From NCBI GenBank assembly GCA_050084985.1, contig JBITNC010000001.1:112406001-112470000 (forward strand): DNA of 64,000 nt, in the 5' to 3' direction. Below are positions 1 to 12,105 of the stretch, piece by piece; positions within the stretch are counted from its first letter, which is position 1; each line of letters opens with the position of its first letter. The notes beneath the pieces are model-generated. The model was given only the letters and a program-made list of their open reading frames with translations, did not search any database and was not told the DNA's origin. Position numbers and translations under genes: made by a program. Source of the stretch: Nageia nagi. Its lineage: Eukaryota; Plantae; Pinophyta.

Positions 1-3000
1 AAAATTGGATTGTACGTCAAACATTTCAAGCCTCAAAATTACCTCCCTTGGAATGCATTAGAATCTTGTATATTTTTACATGATTTTAAGAAAATGGACT
101 CAAGACTATATCTCAATCAAATGTTATGCTTTTTAGAAGTTGGGGTATTATTTTTCTTCTAAAGAAAGTGTTACTTGATATTGTAGTTGCACCACATTGA
201 AGGACCCTTAAGTAAATTGGTTGGTGAAAGAATGTAAAAGAAACTAAGTCCATTATTTGATATGGTATATGAAAGGAAGAAGACCTCATAACATAGCTTA
301 ATATGTTATCCATAGATAGGGAAGGTTTGGAATAGTATTGTATTATATACCTAGGATATAGAAATCAAACCATGATATCCTAGTAAGAGGATGTAGATGA
401 TGCCTAAAGATTATTATAAAGAATCAAATAGGCTACCAAGTAAGAGGAAATGGTCTTTTCCACTAATGTAAAATTAGAAAGTTGGAAACTATTTTCTCCT
501 TAGTACCTTGTGAGGATGGTAACTCAAACCTAGTTAAAATGTGAGGATATGAACATTCCCTATAAGCTAAGGAAAACCAATCGAAATAGGGCTTGAAATG
601 ATTTAGAATATTCAAAGGATAAGACAAGCTAATCTACCCAAGTGTTGCTTCATAGCACCTTGAAAGATCATTCAAATAAAACATTGTTATTATCGGATAA
701 GAATTGATGCACTTTATGACACACTTCCTTATTAGAAGTAGTTGTTCAGGACTTGTTATTATTCTCTTCATATACCATACTTTTGAAGCAATGATATTTA
801 TTTGTATTGCGCAATTGTGGTTGAGTGGTCATTGGTGATTTCATGAATAATATTTATCTAAATGTCTTGAATGCGATTGATGGCTTTTGGGTTTATCATA
901 CATGATTACTAATGAAAGGTATTAGATTCAAAAAACCACTCAAGAGTATTATTAATTTAATACACATGGATACCTAAGTTATGAGCATGAGGACGCCCAA
1001 CTCCATGGTGGGCCTAGCTGATAGATATGGGTAGGCTAGTGTCCAATATTCTTGATACAGTGTCAAACGATGATAACATTCGATAAAATTATAGTTATCA
1101 AAATAGGGTAACTGGTAGTCATACTACCTACAGTGTAGAAAATAGGAGTATGATGATTATTCCATAGGCAATGCCATTTACTCAATTCATATGGATGATT
1201 TCATACGATAATCCATCTACACCTATGAATCAAAGGGTCATCTATCGGGTGAGGGTGTTTAACCTTAGGGATAAGCATTCCCTTGAGTGATATTAACTCC
1301 GAGTAGAAAACCAGAATGCCATGACTAGAATGTCCATTGCACAGTTTGTGGATGACAATGGTGGGGTCATCTATGTGGCAATCTTCCAACAAGGTACGCA
1401 TTGAGAAGTTAACATCAAAATATTTTCAATCAGGGTTGTTTATTCTAAATTCCACTAATATTTCAATATAGGTGTTGGTATCTACTAATGTTGAAATGAT
1501 CACGTGGATCTTTTGGTCAATTCTTATACCATTTGAGTGTTTAATTTAAACAAAAATTAGGTATGAATTTTTATGGTGGGAGAAGTTGTAAAGAGGTAGG
1601 AGCGCTATAGGTATGCACCTATCTTTGAATGATCTATTGGGTTGATGCTTCCTTTATAGAGGATTACTCATGATTAATAAGAATTAATTTAATCTATATA
1701 AAATTCTATTTTCTCCCAACCTTGTATCTTACCAATTATAAGCTACTCCTTTAGCCTAAATGTCTCTCAACTTATAGTCAAACAAAAGTCGGTTTATGTA
1801 TGTTATAATTTCTCTATACTCTATATTTCTTGCATTATTTTCACCTAAAGTTGAAGGGTGTATGAAAGTATCCTCTAATACACTATATTTCCTTTCATAT
1901 TAGTTTATATATTTATGATAGGAAACTCCAAACAAATTATTATAAATTGGGTGGTTGGCGGTGTACACGCTTGTAAATTAGTTAAGTGACCTATACATAG
2001 GCTTACCTTGCAACTTATCTCTCTATTGTTCTATGTTCATTCCTCTTAATACCTCTTGCTATGAGAAAAAATCATTCTTCCTGTACCATATATTTTCAAT
2101 TGTCTTTGATCATTTGCTTATCTTCATCTCATAAGATGTAAAAATATCCATTTTATGATTTTCAATTAAATATTTGAATAGTCTTGAAATGTTTGCATCA
2201 TTTCTTTCTAGTATATCCCATCTTTTTGTACATCCTTTTTCGTAATCTCCCTTTGTAATTTTTCCATGGATTTAATAGTTTTTAATGTATTATATGTATG
2301 TAGCCATGCGGGTCTAATGAAATAGGACTTTGAATACTTCAAATTTATTAATCATTATTATCGAATTACAAACAACATAAAATATTATACCTATATTGTT
2401 TACCTTCTTAATTATTTTAAGAATAGCTAGAGACTTATAAATTATGTGGCAATAAAATAAATAATTTTATAGTTTGTACTTGCTAGTTCCATGCCTATAA
2501 AATTCATAAAAGCTAGGATTTAAATGAATGTGCACCATAAACATTTTTCAAGTTAATATTAGAGGTATGCACCATCGTCGTATTCTCTTTGATAAATACA
2601 TCTTCATTACTTTAGAAAGGCTATTATGCGATATCTACACATGCTCAAAGACAATTAATATTAGCCCATCATTAACATCCATACATTATGATCTCTAGTA
2701 CCTGAAGATGTGAAGTGCAAGGCTACCATTGATAAAGTACCAAGAATAAAATTATATAATGTGGAGTGAAAAAGTGTTGAGAAGAAAATTGAATAATAGG
2801 AACCAATCTCAAAAATACCTCTATATAAAGGGAGAACCCATACAAAATTACACAAGTAAAGAAATGGTCATTACCTATAAAAAGTGGGACTTAAGATATA
2901 TATTCTTTTGGAAGAGAATGCTTCATATAAAGTAAGATTGAGGAAATAAGAGGATAAGAAATAATTGACTTCTACAAGAAATACCAAGAGGTAGAGAAGA

Positions 3001-3719
3001 GAATATTAATATGATAGGATATTTAAAAATGGCTGTTAGGAAACTAAGGAAGAAAGGAAAGAAGTCTCTAAGGACCTACTTTTCATTATTTCTCCCTTTT
3101 TTTCTCTTATGCTTATATTTTATATTCATATAGAGTTCTTTGATAATATCTAGTGGTTTCTGACTTTATCCTTCTTTCAATAATAATTTCCTTTAGCCCT
3201 CTTTGAAAAATATTTTCTGTAAATCACTATAAAAGTTTGTTATGATCCTTTTCAAACCTTCTGTTTATATATGTATGTATGTGTGTTTGTACGTTTGTAT
3301 ATGTATATGTATACATGTAAAAATGCATGTATTGTAAAAATATATTACAATGATCTCACATGAGTTTGATCCTCTTAATAAACTATTTGTAATTTTTGAA
3401 GTATTAAATTTAGTGGAAAATGATGGTCTACAATATAGATATTATTAAAATACGATTTCAAGTTTAGATAAAATAAGTAGACATTAACATCCATTTGTAT
3501 TTTTAAAAATTTTTCGTTTTAATATTTATACTTATTATCATTAGTCTTTCGGTTTTTGCAATCTTAAATTCTCAAATCGATTGACGATGAGTTTGAATAG
3601 GAAAATGTGAGACAAGGATAGGGATTGGAAGGAAGTTTTTTTTTTTTTTTAAATGATTACTAAAAATAGATGCTAATAGATAAAGAATAATTTATAATTT
3701 GTAAATAATAAATTAGAAT

Positions 3720-4062
3720 ATCATGCTTCCCAAATACTTCTTAAGGGGATTTTCCTTACTAACTCCTAGGATCAGCTTTTAAATGGCCATTTTGTTGATG
3801 ATTCTTTTCTCATTCTTTGAGAAAATGAGCAATCTATTATGAATTCCATCAAATGCCTTGATACTTTCTTCTTAGATTTAGGTTCTAGTATTCAATGGAA
3901 GAAAACTTCATGATACAGGTAGTCCATTCATCCTCTTCCAGATTGATTTTCTTAGTTTCTTTAGAAGTGGATTCAAAATGGTGAGATTTTCAAATTTCTA
4001 GGCATTCATTTTTCCTCAAACGTTTTCCTAATTAGCCTTGAAATTTTGTAGTGGAAAAAGTT
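3720..4062 (+). mobile_element. L1 LINE reverse-transcriptase fragment upstream of 2OGD-A (repeated at ~10097-10439)
   Basis: Translates to LKGIFLTNS*DQLLNGHFVDDSFLIL*ENEQSIMNSIKCLDTF..GSSIQWKKT, the plant L1 (F/Y)ADD RT core. Homologous to the start of the longer L1 at ~16490. Confidence 0.8.
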
Positions 4063-4064
4063 TA

Positions 4065-4632
4065 AATTAAGGAGGTGTGATGTGTGCGAAAATGAAATCT
4101 TGCGAGTGGTGGGGTTTATTAAATATTTAAGGCGGTGTGATTTTTGCGGAGATGGAATAGTCTGAGATTGTTAGGTACGTCCAAAAGACAATTAACTTGG
4201 ACATAAAAAACTTAGCATCTCTCTAGATACACATGGTAAAAGACTATTGGGGTTTACTGACTAATTAAAGCGGTGCGATTTGTATGGAGATGGAATATTA
4301 CGACATCTATTCAACATGCGCATATTTACAGGGAGATAAATTCAACATAAATAAGAGGAGAAACACGTGGTCGCGGGTTTTCTGTTTGTTGATCGATGGA
4401 ATGTGAGAAAATGTTCGTTTGGTCTGTTTTTACCATTTCTCTGTAATGTGTTCAAATTTGATAAATTTCTCAAAGGCATTTTTGATTTTTCACTCTTCTT
4501 GTCTATATATATTCTAGGTGTATGAGGGAGTGAGGTAAACCATTTGCCAATAAATCATCTTTTGTGGTATTCTTGTGATACTTTCTCCTATTTTGATCTT
4601 TTCAGTCATTTCCCTGCCAAAGATCCTCTACC
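4065..4632 (+). promoter_or_regulatory. Proximal promoter/5' region of 2OGD-A copy 1: G-box CACGTG (4364-4369, context ACACGTGG), TATA-like TATATATA (4504-4511), triplicated ~35-50-bp motif (4065-4299)
   Basis: Motifs read directly. The G-box, TATA-like tract and one motif copy are conserved in the inverted pseudogene upstream region (G-box 38509-38514). Function is inferred. Confidence 0.6.
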
Positions 4633-5729
4633 ATGTCGTGCTCTCTGCAGACTTCCCCTGATGTTGGTCTTGAAGTTGATCTCCCTCTCATCGACCTTTC
4701 ACGATTTGCACTAACAACTCATAATGCCCACTATCACGAGGTCATCGCCAAAGTGAAAGGCGCCTGCCAAGAATTGGGATTTTTCAGAGTTGTCAACCAT
4801 GGAATTCCACAAACTCTTCTTCAAGACGTAGAATCAGCCGTCCAACAACTATGTGCCATGCCCGCCGAGGCGAAACAAAGATTGGATAGCTATGCCTGTG
4901 AGAATGGCAATGAGAGTTTCACAATCCTTAATCTAAGTCATTCAGAATCAGTAGTTGAAATGTCTCGCAAAATATGGCCACAAGACGGAAATCCATTCTT
5001 CTGGTATGTCGTTTTCCTGTGCTCATATAATGCCCTTATTATACAAGTTGAAAACTAATCCAGTCATCCTGTCCGGTTTCAGCAAAGCCATTGGAGCATA
5101 TATGCTCCTCTTGGCAGATCTCGTGCTAACTATCACTAAAACACTCATTGCAAGCCTCGATTTGGACTTCGAGCATTTCTACGAATCCCATTTCCAGAAC
5201 TGCACGTATACATTGCGTATCAATCACTACACTTCCGACGGAAAAGCAATAGAGCAGGAGGCTCTCATTCCTCATACAGATAGCGGGATCATTACTATCC
5301 TTTACACATGTAAGGAGGGCGGTCTCCAGATTCGGTCCAAGGAAGGCAAGTGGTTGGACGTGAAGCCGCAACATGACTCATTTGTTATCAACATCGCCGA
5401 CTGCCTTAAGGTGAGGAAAAAGTTATTGGTGTTGATGTCATTCTTTTGTGGGTATAAAGTAATGAAGGAAAGTGCAGGCATGGAGCAACGGAAGGTTACG
5501 AAGCGCGGAGCATCGAGTGGTTCAGAAAGGGTGGACGGATCGCATATCTTTAGCGTGTGGAGTGCATTTTCCAGGTGAGAAAGAGATTTGGGTTCCTCCT
5601 GAGCTGGTGGACGATCACTATCCACGATGTTATAGACCTTTCACCCCGAACGAATTTAGGCGCGCCTTCTTGGAGAATGCGAATCCTAAAGAGAAGGCTA
5701 ACCTGATCGACACATACGCAGGGTTATAG
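4633..5729 (+). CDS. 2-oxoglutarate/Fe(II)-dependent dioxygenase (DOXC-class 2OGD), type A copy 1; exons 4633-5003, 5083-5410, 5478-5729; 316 aa
   Basis: GT-AG introns 5004-5082 (79 bp, phase 2) and 5411-5477 (67 bp, phase 0) give a 951-nt open frame. DIOX_N motifs LPLIDLS and ACQELGFFRVVNHGI are present. Fe triad H188-T-D190...H245 (HTDSG, SAEHRV), 2OG-binding R255-x-S257 (DRIS), plus GGLQ and WSNGR. Confidence 0.95.
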
Positions 5730-8700
5730 ATTGTGCCGCTTGTCCAAACTCTGTTACTTCAAATTGTTGACGAGAAAGTGATAGGGGTGTGTGAGCTAGA
5801 TTGTTGGGTGGGTTAATCATGTGTTGATTTTATTGTGACTTGTGTTCCTTGTTGGATTTCTATTAGAGGTATACATGTTACGTAATGGTGGTTCATTACA
5901 GTTATTTCATAGATGGTTTATTTTTAGTAGATGTTAAATATTTTACTCTTATTCTTACCTTTGCTTTGCATAGGTTAATTGTCCTAAACATGCTACACAA
6001 CCTAATTATTTCGTAAAAATATATGTAATATCAATGATGTTTATTTTAATCTTGAACAAATCAGGTATATCATATTAATTAAATGGTTTACAAAAATGAA
6101 AATAATATCAAACTCTTTGGAAGATTTGAAATCTATATTTACCAAATATCACAATAAATTTAGATATTTCAATATACAAATTTATTCTAATTCAACCTTT
6201 TTGAATGTTAAAGATGATATTCAACTTTTTTAAAGCATCTCTTTCTTTCTTTCTAATCTTAAGAAAGCATAGAATACAGCCTAGATGAGGATTAAAGTGG
6301 AACCATGCATCCATTACTAAATACAAGCAATTATTCTAAAAATAGAACTTAAAGATAGAACTAAAAGTAAAAAATAAAATTGGATTGTACGTCAAACATT
6401 TCAAGCCTCAAAATTACCTCCCTTGGAATGCATTAGAATCTTGTATATTTTTACATGATTTTAAGAAAATGGACTCAAGACTATATCTCAATCAAATGTT
6501 ATGCTTTTTAGAAGTTGGGGTATTATTTTTCTTCTAAAGAAAGTGTTACTTGATATTGTAGTTGCACCACATTGAAGGACCCTTAAGTAAATTGGTTGGT
6601 GAAAGAATGTAAAAGAAACTAAGTCCATTATTTGATATGGTATATGAAAGGAAGAAGACCTCATAACATAGCTTAATATGTTATCCATAGATAGGGAAGG
6701 TTTGGAATAGTATTGTATTATATACCTAGGATATAGAAATCAAACCATGATATCCTAGTAAGAGGATGTAGATGATGCCTAAAGATTATTATAAAGAATC
6801 AAATAGGCTACCAAGTAAGAGGAAATGGTCTTTTCCACTAATGTAAAATTAGAAAGTTGGAAACTATTTTCTCCTTAGTACCTTGTGAGGATGGTAACTC
6901 AAACCTAGTTAAAATGTGAGGATATGAACATTCCCTATAAGCTAAGGAAAACCAATCGAAATAGGGCTTGAAATGATTTAGAATATTCAAAGGATAAGAC
7001 AAGCTAATCTACCCAAGTGTTGCTTCATAGCACCTTGAAAGATCATTCAAATAAAACATTGTTATTATCGGATAAGAATTGATGCACTTTATGACACACT
7101 TCCTTATTAGAAGTAGTTGTTCAGGACTTGTTATTATTCTCTTCATATACCATACTTTTGAAGCAATGATATTTATTTGTATTGCGCAATTGTGGTTGAG
7201 TGGTCATTGGTGATTTCATGAATAATATTTATCTAAATGTCTTGAATGCGATTGATGGCTTTTGGTTTATCATACATGATTACTAATGAAAGGTATTAGA
7301 TTCAAAAAACCACTCAAGAGTATTATTAATTTAATACACATGGATACCTAAGTATGAGCATGAGGACGCCCAACTCCATGGTGGGCCTAGCTGATAGATA
7401 TGGGTAGGCTAGTGTCCAATATTCTTGATACAGTGTCAAACGATGATAACATTCGATAAAATTATAGTTATCAAAATAGGGTAACTGGTAGTCATACTAC
7501 CTACAGTGTAGAAAATAGGAGTATGATGATTATTCCATAGGCAATGCCATTTACTCAATTCATATGGATGATTTCATACGATAATCCATCTACACCTATG
7601 AATCAAAGGGTCATCTATCGGGTGAGGGTGTTTAACCTTAGGGATAAGCATTCCCTTGAGTGATATTAACTCCGAGTAGAAAACCAGAATGCCATGACTA
7701 GAATGTCCATTGCACAGTTTGTGGATGACAATGGTGGGGTCATCTATGTGGCATCTTCCAACAAGGTACGCATTGAGAAGTTAACATCAAAATATTTTCA
7801 ATCAGGGTTGTTTATTCTAAATTCCACTAATATTTCAATATAGGTGTTGGTATCTACTAATGTTGAAATGATCACGTGGATCTTTTGGTCAATTCTTATA
7901 CCATTTGAGTGTTTAATTTAAACAAAAATTAGGTATGAATTTTTATGGTGGGAGAAGTTGTAAAGAGGTAGGAGCGCTATAGGTATGCACCTATCTTTGA
8001 ATGATCTATTGGGTTGATGCTTCCTTTATAGAGGATTACTCATGATTAATAAGAATTAATTTAATCTATATAAAATTCTATTTTCTCCCAACCTTGTATC
8101 TTACCAATTATAAGCTACTCCTTTAGCCTAAATGTCTCTCAACTTATAGTCAAACAAAAGTCGGTTTATGTATGTTATAATTTCTCTATACTCTATATTT
8201 CTTGCATTATTTTCACCTAAAGTTGAAGGGTGTATGAAAGTATCCTCTAATACACTATATTTCCTTTCATATTAGTTTATATATTTATGATAGGAAACTC
8301 CAAACAAATTATTATAAATTGGGTGGTTGGCGGTGTACACGCTTGTAAATTAGTTAAGTGACCTATACATAGGCTTACCTTGCAACTTATCTCTCTATTG
8401 TTCTATGTTGATTCCTCTTAATACCTCTTGCTATGAGAAAAAATCATTCTTCCTGTACCATATATTTTCAATTGTCTTTGATCATTTGCTTATCTTCATC
8501 TCATAAGATGTAAAAATATCCATTTTATGATTTTCAATTAAATATTTGAATAGTCTTGAAATGTTTGCATCATTTCTTTCTATATATCCCATCTTTTTGT
8601 ACATCCTTTTTCGTAATCTCCCTTTGTAATTTTTCCATGGATTTAATAGTTTTTAATGTATTATATGTATGTAGCCATGCGGGTCTAATGAAATAGGACT

Positions 8701-10440
8701 TTGAATACTTCAAATTTATTAATCATTATTATCGAATTACAAACAACATAAAATATTATACCTATATTGTTTACCTTCTTAATTATTTTAAGAATAGCTA
8801 GAGACTTATAAATTATGTGGCAATAAAATAAATAATTTTATAGTTTGTACTTGCTAGTTCCATGCCTATAAAATTCATAAAAGCTAGGATTTAAATGAAT
8901 GTGCACCATAAACATTTTTCAAGTTAATATTAGAGGTATGCACCATCGTCGTATTCTCTTTGATAAATACATCTTCATTACTTTAGAAAGGCTATTATTG
9001 CGATATCTACACATGCTCAAAGACAATTAATATTAGCCCATCATTAACATCCATACATTATGATCTCTAGTACCTGAAGATGTGAAGTGCAAGGCTACCA
9101 TTGATAAAGTACCAAGAATAAAATTATATAATGTGGAGTGAAAAAGTGTTGAGAAGAAAATTGAATAATAGGAACCAATCTCAAAAATACCTCTATATAA
9201 AGGGAGAACCCATACAAAATTACACAAGTAAAGAAATGGTCATTACCTATAAAAAGTGGGACTTAAGATATATATTCTTTTGGAAGAGAATGCTTCATAT
9301 AAAGTAAGATTGAGGAAATAAGAGGATAAGAAATAATTGACTTCTACAAGAAATACCAAGAGGTAGAGAAGAGAATATTAATATGATAGGATATTTAAAA
9401 ATGGCTGTTAGGAAACTAAGGAAGAAAGGAAAGAAGTCTCTAAGGACCTACTTTTCATTATTTCTCCCTTTTTTTCTCTTATGCTTATATTTTATATTCA
9501 TATAGAGTTCTTTGATAATATCTAGTGGTTTCTGACTTTATCCTTCTTTCAATAATAATTTCCTTTAGCCCTCTTTGAAAAATATTTTCTGTAAATCACT
9601 ATAAAAGTTTGTTATGATCCTTTTCAAACCTTCTGTTTATATATGTATGTATGTGTGTTTGTACGTTTGTATATGTATATGTATACATGTAAAAATGCAT
9701 GTATTGTAAAAATATATTACAATGATCTCACATGAGTTTGATCCTCTTAATAAACTATTTGTAATTTTTGAAGTATTAAATTTAGTGGAAAATGATGGTC
9801 TACAATATAGATATTATTAAAATACGATTTCAAGTTTAGATAAAATAAGTAGACATTAACATCCATTTGTATTTTTAAAAATTTTTCGTTTTAATATTTA
9901 TACTTATTATCATTAGTCTTTCGGTTTTTTGCAATCTTAAATTCTCAAATCGATTGACGATGAGTTTGAATAGGAAAATGTGAGACAAGGATAGGGGATT
10001 GGGAAGGAAGTTTTTTTTTTTTTTTTAAATGATTACTAAAAATAGATGCTAATAGATAAAGAATAATTTATAATTTGTAAATAATAAATTAGAATATCAT
10101 GCTTCCCAAATACTTCTTAAGGGGATTTTCCTTACTAACTCCTAGGATCAGCTTTTAAATGGCCATTTTGTTGATGATTCTTTTCTCATTCTTTGAGAAA
10201 ATGAGCAATCTATTATGAATTCCATCAAATGCCTTGATACTTTCTTCTTAGATTTAGGTTCTAGTATTCAATGGAAGAAAACTTCATGATACAGGTAGTC
10301 CATTCATCCTCTTCCAGATTGATTTTCTTAGTTTCTTTAGAAGTGGATTCAAAATGGTGAGATTTTCAAATTTCTAGGCATTCATTTTTCCTCAAACGTT
10401 TTCCTAATTAGCCTTGAAATTTTGTAGTGGAAAAAGTTTA

Positions 10441-11008
10441 AATTAAGGAGGTGTGATGTGTGCGAAAATGAAATCTTGCGAGTGGTGGGGTTTATTAAAT
10501 ATTTAAGGCGGTGTGATTTTTGCGGAGATGGAATAGTCTGAGATTGTTAGGTACGTCCAAAAGACAATTAACTTGGACATAAAAAACTTAGCATCTCTCT
10601 AGATACACATGGTAAAAGACTATTGGGGTTTACTGACTAATTAAAGCGGTGCGATTTGTATGGAGATGGAATATTACGACATCTATTCAACATGCGCATA
10701 TTTACAGGGAGATAAATTCAACATAAATAAGAGGAGAAACACGTGGTCGCGGGTTTTCTGTTTGTTGATCGATGGAATGTGAGAAAATGTTCGTTTGGTC
10801 TGTTTTTACCATTTCTCTGTAATGTGTTCAAATTTGATAAATTTCTCAAAGGCATTTTTGATTTTTCACTCTTCTTGTCTATATATATTCTAGGTGTATG
10901 AGGGAGTGAGGTAAACCATTTGCCAATAAATCATCTTTTGTGGTATTCTTGTGATACTTTCTCCTATTTTGATCTTTTCAGTCATTTCCCTGCCAAAGAT
11001 CCTCTACC
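10441..11008 (+). promoter_or_regulatory. Proximal promoter/5' region of 2OGD-A copy 2 (G-box 10740-10745)
   Basis: Duplicate of 4065-4632. Confidence 0.6.
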
Positions 11009-12105
11009 ATGTCGTGCTCTCTGCAGACTTCCCCTGATGTTGGTCTTGAAGTTGATCTCCCTCTCATCGACCTTTCACGATTTGCACTAACAACTCATAA
11101 TGCCCACTATCACGAGGTCATCGCCAAAGTGAAAGGCGCCTGCCAAGAATTGGGATTTTTCAGAGTTGTCAACCATGGAATTCCACAAACTCTTCTTCAA
11201 GACGTAGAATCAGCCGTCCAACAACTATGTGCCATGCCCGCCGAGGCGAAACAAAGATTGGATAGCTATGCCTGTGAGAATGGCAATGAGAGTTTCACAA
11301 TCCTTAATCTAAGTCATTCAGAATCAGTAGTTGAAATGTCTCGCAAAATATGGCCACAAGACGGAAATCCATTCTTCTGGTATGTCGTTTTCCTGTGCTC
11401 ATATAATGCCCTTATTATACAAGTTGAAAACTAATCCAGTCATCCTGTCCGGTTTCAGCAAAGCCATTGGAGCATATATGCTCCTCTTGGCAGATCTCGT
11501 GCTAACTATCACTAAAACACTCATTGCAAGCCTCGATTTGGACTTCGAGCATTTCTACGAATCCCATTTCCAGAACTGCACGTATACATTGCGTATCAAT
11601 CACTACACTTCCGACGGAAAAGCAATAGAGCAGGAGGCTCTCATTCCTCATACAGATAGCGGGATCATTACTATCCTTTACACATGTAAGGAGGGCGGTC
11701 TCCAGATTCGGTCCAAGGAAGGCAAGTGGTTGGACGTGAAGCCGCAACATGACTCATTTGTTATCAACATCGCCGACTGCCTTAAGGTGAGGAAAAAGTT
11801 ATTGGTGTTGATGTCATTCTTTTGTGGGTATAAAGTAATGAAGGAAAGTGCAGGCATGGAGCAACGGAAGGTTACGAAGCGCGGAGCATCGAGTGGTTCA
11901 GAAAGGGTGGACGGATCGCATATCTTTAGCGTGTGGAGTGCATTTTCCAGGTGAGAAAGAGATTTGGGTTCCTCCTGAGCTGGTGGACGATCACTATCCA
12001 CGATGTTATAGACCTTTCACCCCGAACGAATTTAGGCGCGCCTTCTTGGAGAATGCGAATCCTAAAGAGAAGGCTAACCTGATCGACACATACGCAGGGT
12101 TATAG
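11009..12105 (+). CDS. 2OGD type A copy 2; exons 11009-11379, 11459-11786, 11854-12105; same protein as copy 1
   Basis: Same sequence, splice sites and ORF-track translations as 4633-5729, offset 6376 bp. Confidence 0.95.

Noticed and set aside
1-3100. Second gene in the repeat unit (ORFs 113-313, 1201-1401, 2661-2855)
   Set aside because: No recognisable domains, and the 1201-1401 ORF is absent from the ORF track in the other copies because of a 1-bp indel. Probably very old LINE-derived DNA, but too decayed to call.
4955-5625. Separate overlapping ORFs (207, 82, 107 aa and their duplicates)
   Set aside because: They are exon read-throughs or antisense shadows of the spliced 2OGD gene.
4633-5729. 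Assigning a gene symbol such as GA20ox, GA3ox, DAO or AOP
   Set aside because: Only family-level motifs are recognisable and the GA20ox LPWKET motif is absent. A phylogeny is needed.
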